Shown piece after piece: positions 1-8,946 of a DNA stretch of 52,733 nucleotides. The stretch is from Candidatus Krumholzibacteriales bacterium (lineage in GTDB: Bacteria; Krumholzibacteriota; Krumholzibacteriia; Krumholzibacteriales; WJIX01), in assembly GCA_046483305.1 (NCBI GenBank), contig JAWODM010000020.1, positions 1-52,733 of the forward strand, read 5' to 3'. Below the pieces are notes generated by a model. It was not told the origin of the DNA. It made no database searches and was given only the letters and a program-made list of their open reading frames with translations. Positions within the stretch are counted from its first letter, which is position 1. Each line of letters opens with the position of its first letter. The translations under genes were made by a program, and so were the position numbers.

Positions 1-2005
1 CTCCCTTTCCGTTCAATATCGGGCTTCCGGAATTTCCTCCGGTAATGTCGCAGGTCGACAGGAAATCGACCGGCACATCGTCGAGATACTCGTCGATATA
101 TTTCTCCGGAGTTCCCTGCTTATGGATCTCAAGCAGCTTGTCCGGGCAATCGAAAGGTTTTTCCCCGGTGTGCTTTTTGACCACTCCGCTCAGCGAAGTA
201 ATATAATCGAACTCAACGCCCTTTTCAGGCGAATACCCCCTGACCGTTCCGTAAGTCAGGCGGATGGTGCTGTTGGCGTCCGGATAGAACAGTTCATCGC
301 TCTTCCACTTGCGGAGCGCTCTGATGAGTTCCGGCCTCAGAGCCGAAATTCTGCCGCCGAAGTCCTTATCCAGGTCCCGGAGTTTCTTCTTTTCCTTCTC
401 CAGCGTCAGGGCGAATTTAATAAAGGAATCGTCAGTTTTCCGGATTTCCTCACCCGGCGATTCAAACAAACGCAGCCGCTCCTCGAGATCGTCCAGAGAT
501 GTGCCGGCGTAAAGTTTCTCTATGGCGTTATCTATTCTGGCATCGACATTTTCACCCTCAGCCGCCGCAAGAAGCGAATCGAAACCTTCAATCCTCTGAT
601 TCTCCGGCAGTTCCTGGGATTTTTTGAGGAAATACCTCAAAGCCGCTTTGTCCACAGATTCGTCGTAGCTCATCTGTATCATTCTCAGGCTTCTCTTAAG
701 CTGAGGTATATCTCTTTCCAGAAAACCCGAATCCCTCTCCAGGTCAGGTTTCTCCTTCTCCATGCTCCAGCGAACCAGCATTCCCGAAGCCCGCAACATC
801 TGGCAGCCGAATCCGCTGAATCTCAGCACAAAGTTCTTGTCCCGGTAAGATTCCTGCTTCCTGTAGAGAGCCTCTATCGAAGGCAATATACTGCCATATT
901 TGCTATCCATCTTTTCATTTTCGGATAGCCACCCGGTGAATTTTTTCTCATCTGCTATCTTCTTCTCGAGCAGTCTGGACTTCTGGAAACCTTCCAGCAT
1001 GCCCTGGTAATTCTTCATGGCGTTGTTCAGCATCTGATCGAACGAGGCAACCTTTATGGCGACCGCGGGGTTCTTCTCCGCTTCCCGCTGGAACAGGTCG
1101 ATCAACTCGCCGAATACCCTGATCCTCAGCGGGTACATCCAGTTCTGGCTGTACCTGATTGAATATGAAGTGCGGTACCTCATGGTCCGTCCGGGAAAAC
1201 CGATGATCATGGTGAAGTCGTCTTTTTTTATGCCTTTCATTGACATCGCCAGATGAACTTCCGGCTGGTAGGGAACGTTCTCTTCCGAGTATTCAGCCGA
1301 ACTTCCGTCAGGAGCCACGTAGGCGCGGAAGAACGAGAAATCGCCGGTGTGACGGGGCCACATCCAGTTATCTATATCCCCGCCGTAATTACCGATCGAT
1401 TTCGGGGGGGCGTAAACTATCCGGACATCCTTCATGGTGAAGTAGGTAAAGAGCTTGTACTTCATCCCCCCGAAGAAACCGGACACTCTGCACTCCACAT
1501 CCCTTCCCTCTTCATTCTCCTTTACTATCTCCTTGATACGGTCTTCGATTGCCTCGAACCTCTCGATACCCTCCAGCCCTTCGGCTGCATCCAGCACCGA
1601 GTCGGTGACGTCCTGAATCGAGATCAGGATGGAGGCCTCATAACCTGGGGCCTGGATCTCCTTATCGTAGCTGTCGGCATAGAATCCTTCCTCGATGAAA
1701 TTGCTCTCCACCGAGCTGGTTCTCTGAAGCGCGGTGAAGGCGACGTGGTGGTTGGTCAGTATCAGTCCCCTGTCAGAGACGAAGGAGCCGGTTCCTCCTC
1801 CCAGGTCCACTATGGCGTAGGCGATCCCTCCTCCTCCCGGTTCATAGATCTCGTCGCCGGAAAGCTTGAGTCCGAGGCCTTTCATTTTGCTCATAAGTTC
1901 GCCGTCAAGCCTGTCCAGCTGCCACATACCCTCTTCGGCGAAAGCGGTTGTGCTTCCCAGAAGTATGAGTACCGTGAAGAAGCACAGAACTCTCTTAAAA
2001 CGCAT
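1..2005 (-). CDS. S46 family serine dipeptidyl-peptidase (DPP7/DPP11-like), 3' end beyond the window
   Basis: Not in the ORF track because it has no stop in the window. Manual minus-strand translation from ATG 2005 (RBS GGAGGG): MRFKRVLCFFTVLILLGSTTAFAEEGMW...GGGTGSFVSDRGLILTNHHV and, near base 1, FLSTCDITGGNSGSPILNGKG. These are S46 signature motifs; signal peptide present. Confidence 0.93.
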   Translation of the reverse strand, partial: MRFKRVLCFFTVLILLGSTTAFAEEGMWQLDRLDGELMSKMKGLGLKLSGDEIYEPGGGGIAYAIVDLGGGTGSFVSDRGLILTNHHVAFTALQRTSSVESNFIEEGFYADSYDKEIQAPGYEASILISIQDVTDSVLDAAEGLEGIERFEAIEDRIKEIVKENEEGRDVECRVSGFFGGMKYKLFTYFTMKDVRIVYAPPKSIGNYGGDIDNWMWPRHTGDFSFFRAYVAPDGSSAEYSEENVPYQPEVHLAMSMKGIKKDDFTMIIGFPGRTMRYRTSYSIRYSQNWMYPLRIRVFGELIDLFQREAEKNPAVAIKVASFDQMLNNAMKNYQGMLEGFQKSRLLEKKIADEKKFTGWLSENEKMDSKYGSILPSIEALYRKQESYRDKNFVLRFSGFGCQMLRASGMLVRWSMEKEKPDLERDSGFLERDIPQLKRSLRMIQMSYDESVDKAALRYFLKKSQELPENQRIEGFDSLLAAAEGENVDARIDNAIEKLYAGTSLDDLEERLRLFESPGEEIRKTDDSFIKFALTLEKEKKKLRDLDKDFGGRISALRPELIRALRKWKSDELFYPDANSTIRLTYGTVRGYSPEKGVEFDYITSLSGVVKKHTGEKPFDCPDKLLEIHKQGTPEKYIDEYLDDVPVDFLSTCDITGGNSGSPILNGKG

Positions 2006-2449
2006 AAAAACCCTCCCAGGTTTAAATAATAGGTTCTGCAGCCCTTTGATTAATAATTCAGGAGGATAATAGCATTAAAAAATATCGGGCACAAATGAAT
2101 CTTTGGAAGATCACCGGTCGAGGCATATCAGATAGCACTTATTTCCGAACAATAATTTCTTTTTAATTATATTATTCAAAAAATTCAATTCTCAACTCCT
2201 CCCCATATCTCTATCATACCCCACCTCAATTAATCATGCAAGTTACCCCCAAAAAATTCCCATTTTTCCCCATTTTCTCCTTGACAGCTCTGAAACTTAC
2301 AGCCTGCCTGCTGTTACCATATCCCCTTTACAATCAACCGGTTGCCCCTATATCCGGCCTCTGTCGGCTCATTGCCCCTAAGCCTTTCTAATTCCCTTTG
2401 TTGACACCTTTTTCCAGCCCTGGCGCCCCTTACAGCCCGCCCCAGAAGC

Positions 2450-2460
2450 TGTGGTATAAT
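2450..2460 (+). promoter_or_regulatory. Extended -10 promoter of the HNH ORF
   Basis: TGTGGTATAAT about 50 bp upstream of the ATG, identical in copy 2; RBS GAGGAGG. Confidence 0.6.
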
Positions 2461-2508
2461 CAAATAAATGCTTTAAGGGGGGAAGTTTTAACGTGAGGAG
2501 GGCGTGCT

Positions 2509-3540
2509 ATGAGCATTTCCAGGGAAACTCCAGAGAAAACCGAAGATCTGTTCAGAAAGCTCCGGTGCGAGCTTAAGAGACTAAAGGCAAAGGATCTTCT
2601 TGGAAACCTCGATTCTCTGAATCAGCGGGAAAGAAAACTCAAGGTAAAAATCCTGCTCTATCTCAGGGAGATCGACAGAAGAAAGCTATATCTCGAACAG
2701 GGGTATTCTTCGATGTTCGATTTCTGTACCAGGTATCTTAAATACTCGGAGTCTACGGCTGTAAGAAGAATAAAGGCAGAGAGGGCTCTTGGAAGATCGA
2801 AGAGAATAATAAGAATGCTCCTGTCCGGAGATATGACAATTACAGGCCTGTCCAAGATAGAGAGTATCTGCAGGCCTGAGAACACAGAAGCGATTCTTGA
2901 AAGGGCCGCCGGGTGCTCCTGCAGGGAATTAGATCTTTTAAGAGCGAGACACTACCCCGAAGAGCCCAAACCGGAGAAGGTCAGGCCGGTATTTGTCAAA
3001 ACAGAACTTAAAATAAAATCTGAACCATCTAATGGTGGTAAGAAATTTACCGCCAACACCGAAGGAGCATCTCCTGTCCTGGAGGAAAAGTACAGGCTGG
3101 AATTCATGGTGGATAAGGAAACCATGAATAAGATAAAGCGGGCGAAATCTCTTCTTTCGACCAGGTACCCGAAAGGAGTTAAGCTTGAAACTCTCTTTGA
3201 GGAACTACTGGATAACTACCTGGAAAAGAACGATCCGAACAGGAGAAAAGCCGATAAAGATGTTAAATTAAATAACTTAAACAGAACCAGGTATATACCT
3301 CGGAAAGTAAAGGACCTGGTCTACAGACGAGACGGCGGAAGGTGCAGCTTTGTAAGTAAGAATGGCAGACGGTGCAACTCCACCTGGAACCTGCAGTACG
3401 ATCATATAGTGCCATTCGGCATGGGCGGGGACAACTCCCCGGAGAACCTGCGGCTTCTGTGCGGAAGGCATAACCAGCTGATGGCGGAGAGGGAGTACGG
3501 GGAAGAGCATATCCGGAAATTCTGCGGAGATAATGGATAG
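2509..3540 (+). CDS. HNH endonuclease with DUF222-like N-terminal region
   Basis: C-terminal RDGGRC...RC...LQYDHIVPFGMGGDNSPENLRLLCGRHN; N-terminal GYSSMFDFC..YL.YSES.A.RRI block typical of multicopy HNH proteins. Confidence 0.88.
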   Translation: MSISRETPEKTEDLFRKLRCELKRLKAKDLLGNLDSLNQRERKLKVKILLYLREIDRRKLYLEQGYSSMFDFCTRYLKYSESTAVRRIKAERALGRSKRIIRMLLSGDMTITGLSKIESICRPENTEAILERAAGCSCRELDLLRARHYPEEPKPEKVRPVFVKTELKIKSEPSNGGKKFTANTEGASPVLEEKYRLEFMVDKETMNKIKRAKSLLSTRYPKGVKLETLFEELLDNYLEKNDPNRRKADKDVKLNNLNRTRYIPRKVKDLVYRRDGGRCSFVSKNGRRCNSTWNLQYDHIVPFGMGGDNSPENLRLLCGRHNQLMAEREYGEEHIRKFCGDNG

Positions 3541-3551
3541 TATATTTTCCC

Positions 3552-3580
3552 TTGACTTTCGGTTTTTGTTCGGGTATACT
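3552..3580 (+). promoter_or_regulatory. sigma70 promoter of lexA
   Basis: TTGACT-17 nt-TATACT. Confidence 0.75.
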
Positions 3581-3629
3581 TGTTTCTGTTTTCCGGATGG
3601 TCCGGAAATGCCGGGAAAAGGAGTCTTGA

Positions 3630-4229
3630 TTGGTATACCTGACCAGGAGACAGAGAGAGATACTTGATTTCGTGGAGGATTTCTCCGCCAGGAACGGTTA
3701 CAGCCCCTCTCTTCGTGAGATAGCGGAGCACCTGGGGGTTTCGGCGGTAAGTACCGTGCATGAGCATGTCCGGCACCTGGTGGAAAAGGGCGCTCTGAGA
3801 AAGAGCTGGAACAGGGCCCGGTCGGTGGAGCTGGCCGGAGACACCGGGCCGGTGGGGATACCGCTGGTTGGAAGGGTTGCGGCGGGGAGGCCGATCGAAG
3901 CGGTTGAAGTCCCCGGCAGTATTGACGTTCCCCCCGATATGCTGGGAAGAGGGGAGACCTTTGCCCTTCAGGTGGAGGGCGATTCCATGGTGGGAGACGG
4001 GATCTTCGACGGAGACAGGATCATTGTGGAGAGGCGGCTCCGGGTGGAGAACGGCGCCCTGGCGGTGGTGGTAATAGATGGAGAAGAGGCCACCGTAAAG
4101 AGGTTCTACCAGGAAGGGGGCACTGTTATCCTGAAGCCGTCCAATCCGGAGGTACCTGAGATCCGGGTGGAAGCGGAGAGGGTGGATATACGCGGTGTGG
4201 TGGTGGGGCTTCTGAGGCACTACGGCTGA
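3630..4229 (+). CDS. lexA: LexA repressor
   Basis: LTRRQREIL wHTH, PSLREIA, VAAG cleavage site, GDSM catalytic Ser, TVKR catalytic Lys. Confidence 0.96.
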   Translation: MVYLTRRQREILDFVEDFSARNGYSPSLREIAEHLGVSAVSTVHEHVRHLVEKGALRKSWNRARSVELAGDTGPVGIPLVGRVAAGRPIEAVEVPGSIDVPPDMLGRGETFALQVEGDSMVGDGIFDGDRIIVERRLRVENGALAVVVIDGEEATVKRFYQEGGTVILKPSNPEVPEIRVEAERVDIRGVVVGLLRHYG

Positions 4230-4309
4230 CAGGCCGGGCGCCCGGTTGCGAATGACAGTAACTCTGAGCCGGTGGTTCCGCCGGCCTGTTTTTATACGGA
4301 TGACCTGAT

Positions 4310-4528
4310 ATGTCTTTCAAATATGTGAAAATTAACGGTTCTTTCTCCGACGACGCCGGTTGCGGAGCCCGGGCGGGGGACCGGCTTTTCATAGACACTG
4401 ACCGGAGGCCGGAGGCGGATGACCTGGTGCTGGTGGTTTCCGGCGGCGTGAAGAGGCTGCGCCGCTGGAACGGCGAGGACGGGCCGCAGCTGGTGGGAAC
4501 GGTAATCGCTCTGAAGAGGAAGCTGTAG
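4310..4528 (+). CDS. Small protein resembling a truncated S24 (LexA CTD/UmuD') domain
   Basis: GDRLFIDTDRRPEADDLVLVV and LVGTVIALKR align by eye with LexA GDRIIVERRLRVENGALAVVV and IRGVVVGLLR; lies inside the operon. Confidence 0.6.
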   Translation: MSFKYVKINGSFSDDAGCGARAGDRLFIDTDRRPEADDLVLVVSGGVKRLRRWNGEDGPQLVGTVIALKRKL

Positions 4529-4563
4529 TTTCCCTTCGGCCGCGGCGGGAAGGGGAACAGGAG

Positions 4564-5751
4564 TTGAAGCGGGATATCGTTCATGTCAATACAGATGATT
4601 TTTACGCGTCGGTTCTGCGTATCCGGGATCCGGCCCTTTCGGGGAGGCCGGTGATAGTTGCCGGCCCTTCGTCCAGAAGCACCGTGCAGTCGGCATCGTA
4701 CGAGGCCAGGGCGGAGGGCGTCGCCAGGGGGATGATTGTTTCCCGGGCCCGGCGGCTCTGCCCGGGAGGCGAGTTCGTTCCTCCCGACTGGCGGCTGTTC
4801 CGCCGGGTTTCCAGGACGGTGTTCTCCATGCTGGCCGGTTATACCCCCCTTCTGGAGCCGGTATCCCTGGATGAATGGTTTATCGATTACACCGGGTGCG
4901 GACGGATCTTCGGGAGCGTTCTGGATGCGGCCTCCGGGATAAAGAGAGCGGTGAATGATCAGACCGGGCTGAATGTCTCCCTGGGAGTGGCCTCCAACAA
5001 ACTGGTCAGCCATGTGGCTTCCCGTAAGGCCAAAAGGTCCAGCCTGGTGGATGTCTCCTCCGGTTGCGAAAGGGATTTCCTGGCCCCGGTCCCGATAGGC
5101 CGTTTCCCGCCGGTGGGGTTCAAGTCGGCGCCTCTTCTGATAGAGCTGGGGATATCCCGGGTGGGTGATATCGCCGCCTTCCCCGAGGAGGTGTTCCTCC
5201 ACTGTTTCGGGCAGTGGGGGCGGCGCCTCTACCGGGGGGCGCTGGGAGAGGACCCCTCTCCGGTCCGTTCCGCGGGGCCGGAGCGGGAGGTTATCGCCGC
5301 GGAGCGGGAACTGGGCTCCGACAGTGTGGACGCGGCGCTGCTGGAGGCGGTTCTGTACACCCTCTCCGAAAGGCTGGCGGAGAAACTGTCAGAGAGGCGG
5401 ATGGCGGCGGGGGAGATATCGCTGGAAATAGGATATACCGACGGGAAGACCGCTGTCAGGAAGGCGGCCTCCGGGCCGGTCTCGGACCAGGGGGAGGTAT
5501 TCTCCAGGGCGGAAAAGCTGTTTTCCTCCCTGTTTACCAGAAGAGTCCGGGTCAGGCGGCTGCGCCTGGAGGGAGGAAAACTCGCCCCCGAGCCCCGGCA
5601 GCTTACCCTTCTGGAGGACCGGCGGCTCAGGACGAAGCTGAGGAAGCGGCGGCTGTACCGCACTCTCTCCGGGCTCAGGAAGAAGTTTCCCCCGGGGGTG
5701 GCTCCGGCCTTCGGAAAGGCGCTTCCGGCGGTCAGGGGGCAGCGGCGATGA
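4564..5751 (+). CDS. dinB: Y-family DNA polymerase (DinB/ImuB-like)
   Basis: HVNTDDFYASV, ASYEARAEGV, SLDE, GVASNKLVS motifs; C-terminal QLTLL clamp-binding motif. Confidence 0.88.
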   Translation: MKRDIVHVNTDDFYASVLRIRDPALSGRPVIVAGPSSRSTVQSASYEARAEGVARGMIVSRARRLCPGGEFVPPDWRLFRRVSRTVFSMLAGYTPLLEPVSLDEWFIDYTGCGRIFGSVLDAASGIKRAVNDQTGLNVSLGVASNKLVSHVASRKAKRSSLVDVSSGCERDFLAPVPIGRFPPVGFKSAPLLIELGISRVGDIAAFPEEVFLHCFGQWGRRLYRGALGEDPSPVRSAGPEREVIAAERELGSDSVDAALLEAVLYTLSERLAEKLSERRMAAGEISLEIGYTDGKTAVRKAASGPVSDQGEVFSRAEKLFSSLFTRRVRVRRLRLEGGKLAPEPRQLTLLEDRRLRTKLRKRRLYRTLSGLRKKFPPGVAPAFGKALPAVRGQRR

Positions 5752-8700
5752 GCGGCCCGGCCTATCTGGGTGTGCATTCATACTATTCCTTTCTGGAAGG
5801 CACCGCCTCTCCCGGGCAGATAGCGGATGCCGCCGCGTCGCACGGAGCGGAAGCTGTCGCCCTGACCGATACCGACGGCATGTTCGCGGTGGTCCCCTTC
5901 TGCCGGGCCTGCGGAAAGAGGGGAGTCAGGCCGGTGATAGGGGTTGAGCTGACCGGAAGCAGCGGGAGAGTCACCCTGCTGGCCAGGAATATGAGCGGAT
6001 ACAGCGAGATAAGCGGGCTGGTAACCGCCAGGCGCCTGGAGGAGGGCTTCTCACTTACCGAAAGCCTTGTGGAGGCATCTGACAATATCTACATTCTATC
6101 CGGCGACTCCGGTATTCTGGAGATGCTCAGGGAGAAAAGATACCTCCGGGCCGCCCTCCCCCTGGCTGACAGCACGGCGGGGAGAAGGAAGAGGTACCGG
6201 CTCCGGCGCCTTGCCGAACGGCTCGGCCTGAAGAGTGTGGCCGCCGGCCCGGTTTTTTTCATGGATAGACGGGATTATCACATTCACCGCCTGCTCAGGG
6301 CGATAGGCGCGGGAAAAACGGTGGGGACCCTCTCCCCCGGCGATACCGCCTCCCGGCATGCATTCCTTCATTCTCCGGAGGAGCTGCGCAGGACATTCCC
6401 GGATGATATTCTCGATGCGGCCTCGGAGGTTGCCGCTGACTGCTCCCTGGAGCTGGACCTGGAATCCCGCCGCCTCCCCGCCTTCCCCCTGCCGGAGGGA
6501 AGCGAAAGCTCCGCCCTGCTTGAAAGGATCGCCCTGGAGGGGCTGGAAAAGAGAGGTTTGAACAACCGGCGGGGCAGGGATCAGCTGGAGCATGAACTCT
6601 CCGTGGTAAACAGCAGGGGGCTGGCCGATTATTTTCTGATCTGCCGGGATGTGGTGAGTTACGCGGCCCGCATGGGGATGAGGTCTCTGGGAAGGGGGTC
6701 GGCGGGGAACAGCCTGCTGTCACATGTTCTTGGTATTACTCACGTTAATCCTCTGGCGACCGACCTGTTCTTCGAGCGGTTTCTGAACCCCGGCAGGGAA
6801 AAGCTTCCCGATATAGATATCGATTTCGCCACCGGGGACCGGGAAGAGGTTCTGAAGTATATCTTCAGGAAATATGGCAGCTCCAGGGTTGCGATGATAG
6901 GGGCTTACAGCACCTTCAGGGCCAGGGGGGCGATAAGGGAGGCGGCCAAGGCGCTGGGGATACCGGATAGCGAGATATCCCCGATGGTCCGGAGGATCCC
7001 CTTCTTTGCCAGAATGAAGTACCTGCGGGAGGCCTGCCGGGGGAAGGTCGATCTTAGAAGCGAACCGCTCAGGAGCGTGCTTCCCCTGGCCGCCGCCATA
7101 GAGAGCCTGCCCAGGCATATGTCGGCTCACCCCTGCGGCCTGGTGATCACCCCCATGCCGGTTACCGATATGATGCCCCTTCAGAGGTGCAGAAAAGGTT
7201 ACCGGATAACCCAGTGGTCGATGGTGGAGGTGGAGGAGGCCGGGTTCCTGAAGCTGGATATCATAGGCCAGAAGGGGTTGGCGGTTATTCAGGATGCCGC
7301 CTCCATGGCGGGCAGAAGGGGCGGGTTCGATCCGGCTTCCCGCCGGGACCTCTTTTCCGGCAGCCCTGCCGCTGCCGGCATGCTCAGGGAGGGGAAAACG
7401 GTGGGGTGCTTCTACGTGGAGTCACCGGTTATGATACAGATGTTGCGGCAGGCGCGCTGCGAGGATTTCGAAACCCTTACCGCGCTTTCATCGATAATAC
7501 GCCCCGGGGTTTCCAGCTACGGCGGAAAGGAGCTGTACCTGTCCAGGCACCTGGGGCTGGAGCCGGCCGGCAGGATATGCCCGGTGGTGGATGAAGTTCT
7601 GAAGAATACGTACGGCTGTCTTATTTACCAGGAACAGGTTATCAGGCTGGCGGTGGAGGTGTCCGGGATGAGCTACGCGGAGGCGGACGGGCTGAGGCGC
7701 TGCATGTCGTACAAGAGCGGAGATGATGAAACCATGGCGCAGTACCGGCGGCCCTTTGTGCGGGGAGCGCTGGAGAGAGGGGTTCCCGAGAAGACCGCCC
7801 AGATGGTGTTTGACTGGATAGCCTCGTTCAGCGGTTACGCTTTCTGCAAGGCGCATTCCGCCTCCTTCGCCATGGAATCCCTGGCCAGCGTCTACTGGAA
7901 GGCGAACTGCCCGGCGGAGTTCATGGCGGCTGTAATCGCCAACGGGGGAGGTTATTACCGGACCGGCGAATATGTGGAGGAGGCCAGGAGAATGGGGATA
8001 GAGATAGGGCCGCCCTGCGTCAACAGAAGCTCGCGGAGGACCCGGGGCGGGAAGGGGCGGATCATCATAGGCCTGGACAGGGTCAAGGGGCTGACCGCCG
8101 CCGCGGCGGAGAGCATAATAGAAAACAGGCCTTACCGCTCCCTGAAGGAATTTCTCTCCAGGGTGCGGATATCCGGAAATGAAACCAGGTCGCTGATACG
8201 CTGCGGAGGGATGCGCTGTTTAGGCCTGTCCATTCCCCGGCTTCTCTGGGAGCGCCGGATTCTGGCGGCAGATGGAGTGGGGTATTCGGCGGAAAGCCGT
8301 GCCGCGCCGCCGCGTTCCGCGGCTCCGGCCCTTCAGCTGAAGGAGAAGGCAGAACCTGAAACGCCTCTGCATGCCGATGACCTGATCGGGATGCTCCCCG
8401 GGCTGGCCGGAAGAGTCAGCCTGGCGCGGCGGGTCGCCCTGGAGATGGAGGTGCTCGGGTTCGCGGTCAGCGCTCATCCGCTGGCCGCTTTCGGCGGCAG
8501 GGTCTCCCGGCTCAGAGAGAGGGTTGATATAACCGGTTCGAGGGGCCTGGCCCGCCGTGAGGGCGAGTATGTTAATCTGGTTGGGTGGAAGGTGTCCGCT
8601 TCGCCCGCAAGGACTTCCGGAGAGGGCAGAGAGATGGTGTTTGTTACCTTCTCCGATCCGGAGGGCCGCTTTGAGACGGTTTTCTTCCCGGACGCGTATT

Positions 8701-8816
8701 CCCGGCTGTCGGGCGAGCTGGCCCGGGGTTCGGGCCCTTTTCTGGTAGCCGGCAAGGTCCAGATGGATTTCGGGGTGGAAAATCTGGTTGTCCGGGACCT
8801 GAAGTGTCTGTTATGA
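5748..8816 (+). CDS. dnaE2: Error-prone DNA polymerase III alpha subunit
   Basis: True start ATG 5748 overlaps the dinB stop (ATGA). HSYYSFLEG PHP domain, GRGSA, PDIDIDF, FCKAHSASF, C-terminal OB fold. Confidence 0.92.
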   Translation: MSGPAYLGVHSYYSFLEGTASPGQIADAAASHGAEAVALTDTDGMFAVVPFCRACGKRGVRPVIGVELTGSSGRVTLLARNMSGYSEISGLVTARRLEEGFSLTESLVEASDNIYILSGDSGILEMLREKRYLRAALPLADSTAGRRKRYRLRRLAERLGLKSVAAGPVFFMDRRDYHIHRLLRAIGAGKTVGTLSPGDTASRHAFLHSPEELRRTFPDDILDAASEVAADCSLELDLESRRLPAFPLPEGSESSALLERIALEGLEKRGLNNRRGRDQLEHELSVVNSRGLADYFLICRDVVSYAARMGMRSLGRGSAGNSLLSHVLGITHVNPLATDLFFERFLNPGREKLPDIDIDFATGDREEVLKYIFRKYGSSRVAMIGAYSTFRARGAIREAAKALGIPDSEISPMVRRIPFFARMKYLREACRGKVDLRSEPLRSVLPLAAAIESLPRHMSAHPCGLVITPMPVTDMMPLQRCRKGYRITQWSMVEVEEAGFLKLDIIGQKGLAVIQDAASMAGRRGGFDPASRRDLFSGSPAAAGMLREGKTVGCFYVESPVMIQMLRQARCEDFETLTALSSIIRPGVSSYGGKELYLSRHLGLEPAGRICPVVDEVLKNTYGCLIYQEQVIRLAVEVSGMSYAEADGLRRCMSYKSGDDETMAQYRRPFVRGALERGVPEKTAQMVFDWIASFSGYAFCKAHSASFAMESLASVYWKANCPAEFMAAVIANGGGYYRTGEYVEEARRMGIEIGPPCVNRSSRRTRGGKGRIIIGLDRVKGLTAAAAESIIENRPYRSLKEFLSRVRISGNETRSLIRCGGMRCLGLSIPRLLWERRILAADGVGYSAESRAAPPRSAAPALQLKEKAEPETPLHADDLIGMLPGLAGRVSLARRVALEMEVLGFAVSAHPLAAFGGRVSRLRERVDITGSRGLARREGEYVNLVGWKVSASPARTSGEGREMVFVTFSDPEGRFETVFFPDAYSRLSGELARGSGPFLVAGKVQMDFGVENLVVRDLKCLL

Positions 8817-8946
8817 TATATATAAATATCTTGATTTGTATGGTTTTTCTGTGCTATTTATATCCATTCAGCAAATATCCATTCCGCGCCGGGCCTGGGT
8901 CTGCCCGAGCGGCAAGTTGAGCCAGTGAAAGGAATGAATAATAGTT

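Larger units (their letters stand above)
2280..3540 (+). mobile_element. Repeated element, copy 1 (229-bp leader + HNH ORF)
   Basis: Aligns to 51565-52733 at a constant offset of 49285, starting at CTTGACAGCTCTGAAAC. Upstream flanks are unrelated. The 3' boundary cannot be defined. Confidence 0.7.

Noticed and set aside
122..2029. Plus-strand ORFs of 268 and 258 aa
   Set aside because: Antisense shadows of the minus-strand S46 peptidase.
2509..3540. IscB/Cas9/HEARO-type nuclease
   Set aside because: No PLMP or split RuvC motifs are visible; only a C-terminal HNH.
5214..5747. 178-aa N-terminal extension of DnaE2
   Set aside because: Low-complexity alternative frame of dinB; the real start is ATG 5748.
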